From an uncultured Chloroflexia bacterium (GTDB lineage: Bacteria; Chloroflexota; Limnocylindria; Limnocylindrales; CSP1-4): a stretch of DNA of 64,000 bases. The stretch is taken from assembly GCA_963746845.1 (NCBI GenBank), contig CAVVCZ010000004.1, forward strand, positions 256,001 through 320,000, given 5' to 3'. The notes under the pieces were generated by a model. The model was not told the DNA's origin. It did not search any database and saw nothing but the letters and a program-made list of their open reading frames with translations. Numbering within the stretch: position 1 is the first letter of the stretch; each line of letters starts with the position of its first letter. The position numbers and the translations under genes were made by a program. Positions 40,232 through 49,055 of the stretch are shown one piece after another.

Positions 40232-42261
40232 ATGCGAGCTCTGGGCGCGCCCTGTCTGGCGGCGCGCCTGACCCTCACCGGTGCCGCGTGCGTTCTGCTT
40301 GCGGGCGCGTCTGCTGGCCCGGCCGACCGGTCCCGCCGGAGCGACATCGCCGGCCGCGGACGGCGCGGGCTCGGTCATCGCGACCTACCGCGACCGGATC
40401 TCGGAGCTCATGGCCGAGCAGGGCATTCCCGGGCTGGCTGTCGCCCTCGTCGATCGTGACAAGGTGTTGTGGACCGAGGGCTTCGGCCACCTCGATGACG
40501 ACGGCTCGGGACCGGTCACGGTCGACACGATGTTCAGCGTCCAGTCGATGTCGAAGAACTTCACGGCCGTCGCCGTCATGCAGGCCGTCGGGGCGGGACT
40601 GCTGGACCTCGACGAGCCGATCACGACCTACCTGCCGGACTTCACTGTCCACAGCGCCTTCGAGGATCACCCCGAGCGGAAGATCACCCTTCGGATGCTC
40701 TTGGCGCACACGGCCGGGTTCACCCATGAGGCACCGATCGGCAACAACTACGAGCGGGATCCGGGGACCTTCGAGGAGCACGTACGCAGCATCTCGGACA
40801 CCTGGCTCCGCTTCCCGGTCGGCAGTGGCCAGGCCTACTCGAACCTCGGGATCGACCTGGCCGGCGCGATCCTCGCCCGGGTCAACGACGCTCCATTCGC
40901 GGCGGTCATGCGCGACTCGCTCCTCGAGCCGCTGGGGATGTCGCGGAGCACGTTCGACCGAGACGAGATCCGGGCTGCGACCAACCGGGCCATCGGTCAC
41001 ACGTACCCGACTCCGGACCTGCCGATCTTCGAGCCAATGACCGCCGCCGGCGGGCTCTACACGAGCGCGACCGATCTCGCTCGCTATCTCCGCTTCCAGC
41101 TCAACGACGGCTCGATCGACGGCTTGGAGCTGTTGGATCCCGCGCTGATGACCGAGATGCGGACCATCCCGGCGCCGCACGCCAACGCGCCCGCAGGCTA
41201 CGCGCTCGGCGTCACCCGCTACCGCTGGCATGCAGCCGGAAACGCCGAGCTGTTCGGCCATGGCGGTGGCGGGTTCGGCTTCCTGTCGGACCTGTTGTGG
41301 TCGCCGCCGCTCGGCGTCGGGATCGCCGTCCTGACGAACTCGACGGATCAGGACCCCCAGTTCGATCTGGCCCTCTCGATTCTCGGCGACCTCGTCCATG
41401 AGGCGGGCACCGTCTACCACGCTCGCCTGCTCGCCCTGCCCGCCACGGACGCGGCCCAGGATCCCGATAGTCAGTACCTCGCCCCCGCCGGGATGGCGGA
41501 TCTCGTGGCTGCCGCGGGCATGGTTCCGCTCGGAGATGAACCGACGCGCTGGGCGGGGTACGTCGGCGACTACCGGATCCTGAAGGGCGGATTCATCGAT
41601 CCTGGGTCGCCTCCCGGACGATTCTTCGTCGAGTCGGGGGTCCCGTACTTCGACGCGGACGAGGAGGATGGGCTGAACCGGCACCGCCTCACGGAGGTCG
41701 AACCGGGGGTCTTCCTCGCCGAGAATGGCGAGACGCTCGATCTCCGGGGTTCGCCGCCGACCTGGCGAAGCCTTGACCTCCGGCGTGTCGATGGCGGCCC
41801 GGCGGCGTGGCAGTGGCTCCTCGCTCGCGGGCACGGGCGCTGCGACGGTCGTCTGGCTGACCTGGCCGGTCGCTGCCGCCCTGCGGCGACGCCGCTCCGT
41901 GCTTGCTCCCCACGTCGCGTCGCAGGTGGATCGCCGCTGGGGCCGGTTGACCGTGCTTGCCGGGGTCGTCACTGCGTTCTTCGCGTTCGGCGCGATCACG
42001 ATCGTCTTGGTCCAGCCGGCCATCGTCGAGGCCGGGTTCCTCGGGTGGCTCGAGCTGCCGATCGCGCAGCGCATCCTGCTCCATACCCCACTCGCGCTGG
42101 CGGTCGCGGCCGCCTGCTTGGCGTTCATGGTCGGGCTGGGCAGCTTGCGCCGCCAATGGTCGTTCGCGACCACACGCTGGCACGGTTTGCTGGTTGCTGC
42201 GAGTCTCGCCCTCGTCGTCCAGCTCGCGGCATGGGGCCTGATCGGCTGGGGCCTGACCTGA
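40232..42261 (+). CDS. Exported serine hydrolase (beta-lactamase family) with C-terminal TMs; frameshifts at ~40300 and ~41820
   Basis: GGAGG-ATG 40232 signal peptide; SMSK, LLAHTAG, YSN and GHGG in a second frame; TM tail in a third frame. Confidence 0.8.
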
Positions 42262-42427
42262 GGCCATCCGACCCTGGACACGCTGCCCATCATCGCCAAC
42301 CGCGACCCAAGATCCTTCAGGGCTGCTCGACCACCTCGATGGCCACCGTCAGCATTGCCGCGACGGCAGGCGCCTCTGTCCAGGCTCGACCGATCAGGAA
42401 CGGGACAGTCCCCGACCGCACTGTGGC

Positions 42428-42584
42428 ACCGTCGCGCTCGCGACCGTCCCCTGGCCGCCTGGAGCTCTCACTGAGCGATCAGGCGCACGGTCTCGGCCGG
42501 CAGCTCGCCTTTCCCGATGAGGCGCTGGACGGTGGCGGCTCGGCGAGCGGCGTGGAGACCTTCGAGCGTCGATCGGCGCGACAT
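42428..42584 (-). pseudogene. Degenerate copy of the small island protein
   Basis: MSRRSTLEGLHAARRAATVQRLIGKGELPAETVRLIAQ*ELQAAR../DGRERDG aligns to 43163-43363. Confidence 0.7.
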
Positions 42585-42630
42585 CGGGCGACCTCCGGCG
42601 ATGGGGTCGCGCGCCGGTACTCAGCGACCG
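42582..42630 (-). repeat. Leader repeat A, copy 1
   Basis: CGGTCGCTGAGTACCGGCGCGCGACCCCATCGCCGGAGGTCGCCCGATG on the - strand. Confidence 0.85.
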
Positions 42631-42742
42631 TGATCTACGCCCCGACGCGACGGCGGGGAGAGCCTCCGCGCCGGGGATGCCGTGCATCGTGCGCCTCGCG
42701 ATCTACCCCGGATCAGCCGCGGGTGATCGAGGCGAGAGCGAC

Positions 42743-43030
42743 TCAGTTGCGCCCGTCGACCATGTTCTCCGACCGGGCCTGGACGGTCACGCGCTCGCGG
42801 CGGTATTCCTCCAGCGCGAACTGGAAGGCGACGTTCCAGAAGTCCGGAGCCTTCCGGAAGTCCGCCAGCATCTCGGTGCTCCGGAGCCACTCGTCCACCA
42901 GCGGCTCCGCGGTCCGGGCGCGCCCGGGTCCTATTGTGGGTTCGATCAGCCGGGGGCCCAGGTCGAGCCGGACGGCATGTGCCACCTGCGATCCGGCGGA
43001 GTCGAGCCATTGTTCGCCGACGTGGTCCAC
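42743..43030 (-). CDS. Hypothetical protein
   Basis: 95-aa ORF with protein-like composition; no recognisable motif. Confidence 0.4.
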   Translation of the reverse strand: MDHVGEQWLDSAGSQVAHAVRLDLGPRLIEPTIGPGRARTAEPLVDEWLRSTEMLADFRKAPDFWNVAFQFALEEYRRERVTVQARSENMVDGRN

Positions 43031-43162
43031 GGAGGCAGCAACGGATTGCTTGCCTTCCTCGCGGTCGGGGCCGCGGTTCTGCTCTGGCCGAAGCTCCGAA
43101 CCGCAAGCCAGCAGCAGGGCCCACGACAGCCGTCCAGCTAGGCAAGCGACGCTTCGGTTCAG

Positions 43163-43363
43163 CTAGCGCCGCTGGGCAAGCATCCACGCCCACCCGGCCT
43201 CCCAGTACCGCCCGTCGCGCTCAAGGCCGTCCCGCGCCGCCTGGAGCTCCCACTGCTCGACCAGACGCTCGGCCTGCTCGGGTGACTCGCCCTCGCCCAT
43301 CAGCCGCTGCCGGGTCTCGCGGCGCGCTTCGTGGAGTCGTTCGGGATCCGGACGACGAGCCAT
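43163..43363 (-). CDS. Small Trp-rich hypothetical protein (intact copy of a repeated island gene)
   Basis: GGAGGT RBS; two paralogous copies nearby; only synonymous differences against the copy at 47334. Confidence 0.85.
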   Translation of the reverse strand: MARRPDPERLHEARRETRQRLMGEGESPEQAERLVEQWELQAARDGLERDGRYWEAGWAWMLAQRR

Positions 43364-43407
43364 CGGGCGACCTCCAACGATGGGGTCGCGCCGGTACTCG
43401 GTGACCG
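43361..43407 (-). repeat. Leader repeat A, copy 2
   Basis: CGGTCACCGAGTACCGGCGCGACCCCATCGTTGGAGGTCGCCCGATG on the - strand. Confidence 0.85.
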
Positions 43408-43502
43408 TTGGACGACCGACATCGTAGGACCAACGAGTCGTAGCAGCGGCCCGCGGACGCAGCCACCGTCGACTTGCCTACTTACGCACGGATGCAATCA
43501 CC

Positions 43503-44093
43503 GTGACGAACGTCCCGTACAACGTCCCGCCATCACGATCGCTCGCTGACGCGATCCGCGACCCCTCGCTGACAGGCCTCCTCATCGCGGTCCTGCTCTC
43601 GTTCATCCCGTTCATGTGGCCGCTCACGATCTACATCGTCCTGCGTTACGTCACCGGACATCGCGCGATCCGGGGACTGGATACCTCCGCGATGACCGGT
43701 GGCTCGCTGCCCCATCCCGCCGTTCCTGTTGCGAACCGTTCAGCAGCTAATGCAGCGCAACGTGGAGTCTCACGCTCGGGACCGACCACCACAACGAAAA
43801 CGTGCCCGGACTGCGCCGAGACAGTCCTCCGCGGAGCCAGGATCTGCCGGTTCTGTCGGTTTGAGTTTCCGATTGAGGCTGTGTCGGTCGCAGATGTCGA
43901 GCAGCCCGCTGCCGCGTCAACGGCAAGCACTCCGACAAGTGGGACAGATCGGCACGGACGTAGATTTGTTGTCTGTTCGCTTTGCGGAAGGGACACTCAT
44001 CCTGAGTGGGAGCGGGTGTGCCAGTCCTGCGGTTGGGAGATCCCCGAAGCCAACCGACGATGGGGGGTCGAGCCAGCTCGTCTCTCGAGCTAA
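43503..44093 (+). CDS. Membrane protein with two zinc ribbons
   Basis: N-terminal TM; CPDCAE..ARICRFC (UPF0547-like) and CSLC..CQSC. Confidence 0.75.
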   Translation: MTNVPYNVPPSRSLADAIRDPSLTGLLIAVLLSFIPFMWPLTIYIVLRYVTGHRAIRGLDTSAMTGGSLPHPAVPVANRSAANAAQRGVSRSGPTTTTKTCPDCAETVLRGARICRFCRFEFPIEAVSVADVEQPAAASTASTPTSGTDRHGRRFVVCSLCGRDTHPEWERVCQSCGWEIPEANRRWGVEPARLSS

Positions 44094-44132
44094 GCCGCAG
44101 GTAAGCGCCGCCCGCTAGGCTCACCGGCGGCC

Positions 44133-44188
44133 CGCCGCTTCGCGCGCCTGCTGCGTCCTCGAGGCCGGACCGACGGCGACGGCGGGCC
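44133..44188 (+). repeat. Repeat B, copy 1
   Basis: 44/56 nt identical to 46200-46255. Confidence 0.75.
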
Positions 44189-44298
44189 GGTCTCGTACCC
44201 CGATCCGTACCCCTTACAGGGTCCGTTCCCGTGCGATAGGACGGACGTATCGGGACGCAATCCACGCACGAAACGGCCTTCGGTGCGTCCCTGGATCA

Positions 44299-44353
44299 GA
44301 CTCTTGATCAGTTGGTTGGCAGTTCGAGTCTCCCCGGCTCACCAGCACCCTGA
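44299..44353 (+). repeat. attR: duplicated 3' half of tRNA-Lys
   Basis: GACTCTTGATCAGTTGGTTGGCAGTTCGAGTCTCCCCGGCTCACCAGCACCCTGA; 2 substitutions and 1 extra C relative to the tRNA copy. Confidence 0.9.
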
Positions 44354-44363
44354 ACGTGAAACG

Positions 44364-44410
44364 ATCGGGCGACCTCCTGCGATGGGTCGCGCGCCGGTAC
44401 TCGGCGACCG
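44364..44410 (-). repeat. Leader repeat A, copy 3 (ATG lost, no gene follows)
   Basis: CGGTCGCCGAGTACCGGCGCGCGACCCATCGCAGGAGGTCGCCCGAT on the - strand, 10 bp outside attR. Confidence 0.8.
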
Positions 44411-44469
44411 ATGCGGTTTTCGCCATCTTGCGCGGGCCGAGAACTGTTTGAACGCCTAGCCTCGTCTGT

Positions 44470-45051
44470 GTGGATGTGATCGGGACAGCAGACGACCGTT
44501 CGGCATCCAGCGTCGATGCGACACGACCGGAACAGGCCGGAGACATCGCAACGAGGCGCGTGCTCGAGCTCGCCGACCGCGGTCTGGACCGGGCGTTTCG
44601 GCTCGCCGGCCTGATCCTGGGCGATCAGTCCGAGGCGGAGGACGCGACGCAGGATGCTCTGGTCCGAGCATGGCGGGCGGCGGCGACGCTGCGGGATCCC
44701 TCGGGCTTCGATGCCTGGTTCGACCGGATCCTGGTCAACGTCTGCCGAGATCGGCTCCGCCGCCGCGGCACGGTCCGTCTCGTGACTCTTGATGGCGTCG
44801 CCGGGACCGTCGTCGTCGATGACCCGTTCCGCCGGGTCTACGATGACGATGAGCTGCTTGGCGCGATCAGGGCGCTCGGCGACGACGAGCGCGTCGTGCT
44901 GATCCTGCATTTCTGGGCCGACCTGACCCTCGAGGCGGTCGGCGCTCGTCTCGACTGTCCGGTCGGCACCGTCAAGTCGCGCCTCCATCGAGGGCTGAAG
45001 GCGATGCGTGGGCAGCTCGGGGCATCCGAGCGGGACGGGAGGCCCCGATGA
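44470..45051 (+). CDS. ECF RNA polymerase sigma factor
   Basis: EAEDATQDAL..FDAWFDRILVNVCRD; GTVKSRLHRG. Confidence 0.92.
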   Translation: MDVIGTADDRSASSVDATRPEQAGDIATRRVLELADRGLDRAFRLAGLILGDQSEAEDATQDALVRAWRAAATLRDPSGFDAWFDRILVNVCRDRLRRRGTVRLVTLDGVAGTVVVDDPFRRVYDDDELLGAIRALGDDERVVLILHFWADLTLEAVGARLDCPVGTVKSRLHRGLKAMRGQLGASERDGRPR

Positions 45052-46082
45052 CTGACGACCTGAGCCGGGAGCTGCGGGAACGGCTCGGCCGAGTGAGCCT
45101 GCCGGCAGCACCCTCAAGCCTCCGGGACGAGATCGAGAACCTCCGAGCGATCCCTGCCGCCAGCCCCGTCCGGCGACGATCGGCGCGACCGCCGATGATG
45201 CTATTGGCCGCCGCGCTCGTGACCGTGGCACTCGTCGCTGCCGGAATCGGCGGCGCACTCCTCCGGGAACAAAACGAACCGCGTGAGAACCTGTCGCTGA
45301 TTGCCAGCCCGAGCCCGTCAACCGCCGTGTCGAGGTCGAGCTCCCCGAGCCCGAGCAAGATGGCATCGACCCCGAGCCCGACCGCCGTGCCGATCACCTG
45401 GACGCCGGCGAGTCTGAACGAGGACTGGCCGGGGCTGGTCCGCTCCGAGCCCGCCGGACCGCCGATCGTCGTGCCGATCCTGCTGAAGGTCGTGGTCATC
45501 CCGAAGGGTTGTCGGGTTGCGTGCACGTACCCCGGGAGTCCGTCGGGCCACCTGGCCGATCCAACGGGCGACACCGGGTCAGATGCTCTTCCCTGGGCCG
45601 ATATCAAGGACGTCTCCTTCTGCGGGGACACGGGCACCTGCCTGGCGATCGGGTTCGCCTCGGAGTCCCCAGTCGGGGTCGATCCCAGAGAGCGGTGGTT
45701 CGCCTACGGCGTCGTCGTGGACACCGATGGCGACGGCGTTGCGGACTGGCGATACGGGATTGACAACGACCCCGTCGGCACACCGGGTGCTCATGGGTCG
45801 TCGCCCCGCCGATGGTGGCGGACCGACCTTCACACCGGTCGGACTGAATCCACGGTCAACGTCGCAATGTGGGAAGGCGGCGGACCCTTCTGGGGGAACC
45901 ACGGAGACCAGACTGCTGGCAGCGGGCTCTCGTTTGGTGGCGACACGACCGCCGGCGTGCGCGGAGGCGTACCCAAGCGCTTCTACGCGTGGGCATCGGT
46001 GATCCAGGATGGCCGGGTCGTTTCCACCGACTACGCTCCCGATGCTGGGTGGCTCGTTCCGTCGGCCGACGCGAAGAAGTGA
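45048..46082 (+). CDS. Single-pass membrane protein, probable anti-sigma factor
   Basis: ATGA overlap with the sigma gene; short N-terminus, TM, Ser/Pro linker, extracellular domain with DTDGDG. Confidence 0.8.
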   Translation: MTDDLSRELRERLGRVSLPAAPSSLRDEIENLRAIPAASPVRRRSARPPMMLLAAALVTVALVAAGIGGALLREQNEPRENLSLIASPSPSTAVSRSSSPSPSKMASTPSPTAVPITWTPASLNEDWPGLVRSEPAGPPIVVPILLKVVVIPKGCRVACTYPGSPSGHLADPTGDTGSDALPWADIKDVSFCGDTGTCLAIGFASESPVGVDPRERWFAYGVVVDTDGDGVADWRYGIDNDPVGTPGAHGSSPRRWWRTDLHTGRTESTVNVAMWEGGGPFWGNHGDQTAGSGLSFGGDTTAGVRGGVPKRFYAWASVIQDGRVVSTDYAPDAGWLVPSADAKK

Positions 46083-46199
46083 TGGAGCCTCGCCGCCACG
46101 GAGCCAGAGCGCAACACGAGGCCCGGCGTCCACGGCAGAGCAGAGTCACAAAGATCAGATGAACGGCGCATAAGCGAGACGCCCTAGCGTTCGCGACGC

Positions 46200-46255
46200 C
46201 GTCGCTCCGCGCGTCGGCTACGCCCTCAAGGCTAGACCGGCGGTGACGCCGGGCC
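46200..46255 (+). repeat. Repeat B, copy 2
   Basis: CGTCGCTCCGCGCGTCGGCTACGCCCTCAAGGCTAGACCGGCGGTGACGCCGGGCC. Confidence 0.75.
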
Positions 46256-46345
46256 GTACTGTCTGCGCAATGTACAAACCCACCGCCCATCGGGTCGCGA
46301 GGCGACGAGGACCCGGTTTGCCTGACGACCGGTCAGCGGTTCCTC

Positions 46346-46774
46346 GTGAGTGAGACGGACGGACTACGCGCGCTGCCCGACGACGTATTCGAGCTCATGT
46401 GGTCGGAGCTATCCAGTGATGAGGGTGCTCTGCCCTACGAGTCGAAGTACGGGACCCTCCACATAGGAGCGATCTCGGCCGAGCTCGAGCGGATCCTTGA
46501 CGTCTGGCTCCTCTCTCCGCGGGGACGGACGATCCGGATCCACTTCCGACCGGCTGCGACGGTCGAGGTCGACGACCTCGAGGTCCCGGTCGAGGATCTG
46601 CGTATCAGCCCGTACGTCATCACCACGATCGACGTTCTCGAGGATCTCGCCGGGGCGCTCCGGGCGGGGTCGACCGCCGAGCGCGCCAAACACATCAAGA
46701 ACATGGCGGACGCCGAACGGCGAGCCGAGGAGTTCCGCCGCCGCCAGATCGAGGAGCGGCTCAACTCGTTGTGA
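46346..46774 (+). CDS. Hypothetical protein
   Basis: 142-aa ORF with protein-like composition and a coiled C-terminus. Confidence 0.65.
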   Translation: MSETDGLRALPDDVFELMWSELSSDEGALPYESKYGTLHIGAISAELERILDVWLLSPRGRTIRIHFRPAATVEVDDLEVPVEDLRISPYVITTIDVLEDLAGALRAGSTAERAKHIKNMADAERRAEEFRRRQIEERLNSL

Positions 46775-46895
46775 GCGCCGCGCCAACGCCGCCGCTAGGC
46801 TGGCGGGCCGGTTGCTTGCGACGATCGGAAGATGCTGCGGCGGGCAGCCTGTGCCGAGATGGCGAAGCAACGTGCATGACAGCTTCGCGACCGGC

Positions 46896-46950
46896 CGCCG
46901 CTCCGCGCGCCGGCTGCGTGTGACAGCTAGACCGACGGCGACGGCGGGCC
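46896..46950 (+). repeat. Repeat B, copy 3
   Basis: CGCCGCTCCGCGCGCCGGCTGCGTGTGACAGCTAGACCGACGGCGACGGCGGGCC. Confidence 0.75.
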
Positions 46951-46990
46951 AAGCTCGCGAACCTTCGGGGAGTCCGCGCCCCATGACCAG

Positions 46991-47212
46991 CTACGCGATC
47001 GTCTCGCCGATCGTCGTCAGCTGTTCGATGACCGAAGCCGCCGCTTCATCGATGTCACGATTTCGAGCGACAGCGCGTATCTTCACCGGGTCTTCCAACT
47101 CGACGGCGACCGTCCAGACACCGTCGCTGCTTGATGCCGGCGGCGTGGCGTCAATCTCGTACCCTTCGTCCCCCGCCCATTGACGAAGCCGAGCGAAGTC
47201 TCCTTTGGCCAT
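46991..47212 (-). CDS. Small hypothetical protein
   Basis: 73-aa ORF, purine-rich upstream, alpha/beta-like composition. Confidence 0.6.
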   Translation of the reverse strand: MAKGDFARLRQWAGDEGYEIDATPPASSSDGVWTVAVELEDPVKIRAVARNRDIDEAAASVIEQLTTIGETIA

Positions 47213-47333
47213 GACCCACCTGCCTCACTTGGCCGCGAGAGCCGATAACTGGACGGCATACCGGAGGCTCGCACTATGGAGCCTACAACCGTGGGGCGAC
47301 GGGGTTAGCCTGGGCCGCAGCGGCCGCCCGTCG

Positions 47334-47402
47334 CTATCGCCGCTGGGCGAGCATCCACGCCCAGCCAGCCTCCCAGTACCGCCCGTCGCGCTCGAGCCCG
47401 TC
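47334..47402 (-). pseudogene. 3' fragment of the small island protein (third copy)
   Basis: DGLERDGRYWEAGWAWMLAQRR* identical in protein sequence to the 43163 copy. Confidence 0.8.
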
Positions 47403-47458
47403 CGGATGACCAGATTCAGGGAGATCGGCTCGCATCGTCATTGTGGAGGTGGCCTTAC

Positions 47459-48028
47459 ATGCGTCGCATTCGGACCCTTGTCGCAGCGACAACCCTTGTC
47501 GTCCTCGTCGCTGCGTGCAGCTCCTCCGGCACCCCCGCACCGAGTCCGAATGTCGCTGGCGGTGGTGGGAGCCAGGCTCCGATCGCCCAGCCGACGGGCG
47601 GCGGAGCGACTGGCGCGAAGGTAGCCGACCCCTGCTCGCTGCTCACCTCGGCTCAGGTCAGCGCGGTGATCGGCCTGACCGTCGGCGCAGGGGATTCCGG
47701 GGGCGACACGCACTCCTGCGATTGGAGCCACCCCGACTCGAACGGGGTTCCGGACGAACAGGTCCTCCTCAACACGAACGAGGATCCCGGGCTCTGTGAT
47801 GAGGGTCCGTCAGCCTCGTTGGGGATCACGGTGACCCCGGTCAGCGGTGTCGGCGATCAGGCGTGCATGGAACAGGCATCGGGGTTGCAGGCCGGAGACA
47901 ACCTGACCTTCTACAAGAACGGCCTTGGCTTCTCGATCGGCGTGAGCGGGAAAACCGCCACGGTGGCCAACGAGACGGCGATGGACAAGGCGCTCGCCCT
48001 CGACGTGCTCGCGAACCTCGGCCTGTGA
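47459..48028 (+). CDS. Lipoprotein (DUF3558-like)
   Basis: GGAGGT RBS, lipobox LVAAC, DPCSLLT motif, GVGDQA. Confidence 0.8.
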   Translation: MRRIRTLVAATTLVVLVAACSSSGTPAPSPNVAGGGGSQAPIAQPTGGGATGAKVADPCSLLTSAQVSAVIGLTVGAGDSGGDTHSCDWSHPDSNGVPDEQVLLNTNEDPGLCDEGPSASLGITVTPVSGVGDQACMEQASGLQAGDNLTFYKNGLGFSIGVSGKTATVANETAMDKALALDVLANLGL

Positions 48029-48255
48029 CGCCCGGCGACGTGGTCGGCTAAGCGCGGATCGCAGGGCACCGGCGCGGAGGCGATCAGAGCTCGAGGGTCG
48101 AGACCCCGTCGCACGTCAAATGGGACGACGGCGAATCAGGGCAGGCGCCTCCGGACTTCGACACCCTTCGGGTACGTCTCTCCCTGGGCACTAGAACGGC
48201 TCGCCCGCGCGACCAGCGTTGCTACCAGTGCCGGGTGCGCAGATCGCGCGATCGT

Positions 48256-48300
48256 GGCCCGCCAAAGTCGCCGTCGCGCAGCCGGCGCGCGGCGTCGGCG
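48256..48300 (-). repeat. Repeat B, inverted and internally deleted copy
   Basis: - strand CCGCGCGCCGGCTGCG..CGACGGCGAC(TTT)GGCGGGCC. Confidence 0.55.
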
Positions 48301-48340
48301 CCAGCGGCCCGGTACTGTGTCTCCAGCACAAGGGGACAGC

Positions 48341-48751
48341 TTGAAGCTCGACGCCTCCGAATTCACCTTCGACGCCGACCGTACGCCGTCCATCCTGGGC
48401 GCCGTCGCGGCCGCACTGGCTCGTTATGCAACCGCGGAAGAGGCCACGTACGCGTTCGTGGGCTCGGACGGCAACCCGGTGAAGCTGCTCGTCGCCACGG
48501 GGGTCGGCGTGCTGGACCTCTCGGTGAGCCATCCGACGATGGGCGAGACCGAGGTGTCCGGCCCCCTGACGCGCTGGCAGGACGTTCCGAAGGTGGACAG
48601 CGTCGTCCGGGCCAAGTCGGACAGCGCCGGCAATGCCGACTCGCACGTGTCGGCGAAGGTCTGCGGCGTCGAGCTCGATTCGCGGGGCCGGAACCGGCCG
48701 ATGTTCGACGACTTCCTGACCGCCGTGCTCCAGCACACCCGCGGAGCCTGA
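48341..48751 (+). CDS. Hypothetical protein
   Basis: AAGGGG RBS and TTG start; genome-like codon usage. Confidence 0.65.
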   Translation: MKLDASEFTFDADRTPSILGAVAAALARYATAEEATYAFVGSDGNPVKLLVATGVGVLDLSVSHPTMGETEVSGPLTRWQDVPKVDSVVRAKSDSAGNADSHVSAKVCGVELDSRGRNRPMFDDFLTAVLQHTRGA

Positions 48752-49055
48752 CGGCGCGGGCGTCGACGGCGAGCGTCGCGAACCGCGGTGCCTCCAGGCA
48801 CCAGAACGGCACCAGAACGGCGCTGGGCCTCCCCACGATCCCGCTCAGACACCTAGGATCGGGGTGGCGGGCCGGACACATCGTTCCCCGAGCGTTGTGA
48901 CAGGGCCGGCCCGCCCATTTGACCCGTCCGGAGGCGGCCGAGCCCTCCCGACCCCTCCCGAACGAGACGTCCCCGAGACACGCGCGCCGTAACGTCGTTC
49001 CCACGGTGGCGGCTGCGCACTGACGTCGCAGGCCGGCCGGCCGAAGGGGGACACC

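Larger units (their letters stand above)
39436..44353. mobile_element. Decayed integrative element in tRNA-Lys, bounded by attL/attR
   Basis: ~54-bp direct repeat of the tRNA 3' half (39436-39489 and 44299-44353) plus an adjacent integrase remnant. Confidence 0.8.

Noticed and set aside
42468-42470. In-frame TGA in the small-gene copy as Sec or Trp recoding
   Set aside because: TGA is a normal stop throughout the window, and this copy also has a downstream frameshift
40077-42645. 10-bp inverted repeat TCGGGGCGTA/TACGCCCCGA flanking the serine hydrolase
   Set aside because: Too short in GC-rich DNA; no transposase or target-site duplication seen
40281-43166. 961-aa fusion protein
   Set aside because: Read-through caused by the frameshift at ~41820; the true C-terminus ends at 42261 in another frame
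44299-44344. Second tRNA-Lys gene
   Set aside because: No 5' acceptor strand or D-arm; it is the att duplication
44093-47310. Classical integron cassette array
   Set aside because: Repeat B lacks RYYYAAC/GTTRRRY attC ends, and the integrase remnant looks phage/ICE-type at a tRNA, not IntI
42582-48300. Island repeats as a CRISPR array
   Set aside because: Copies are hundreds to thousands of bp apart and divergent; no regular spacers and no cas genes
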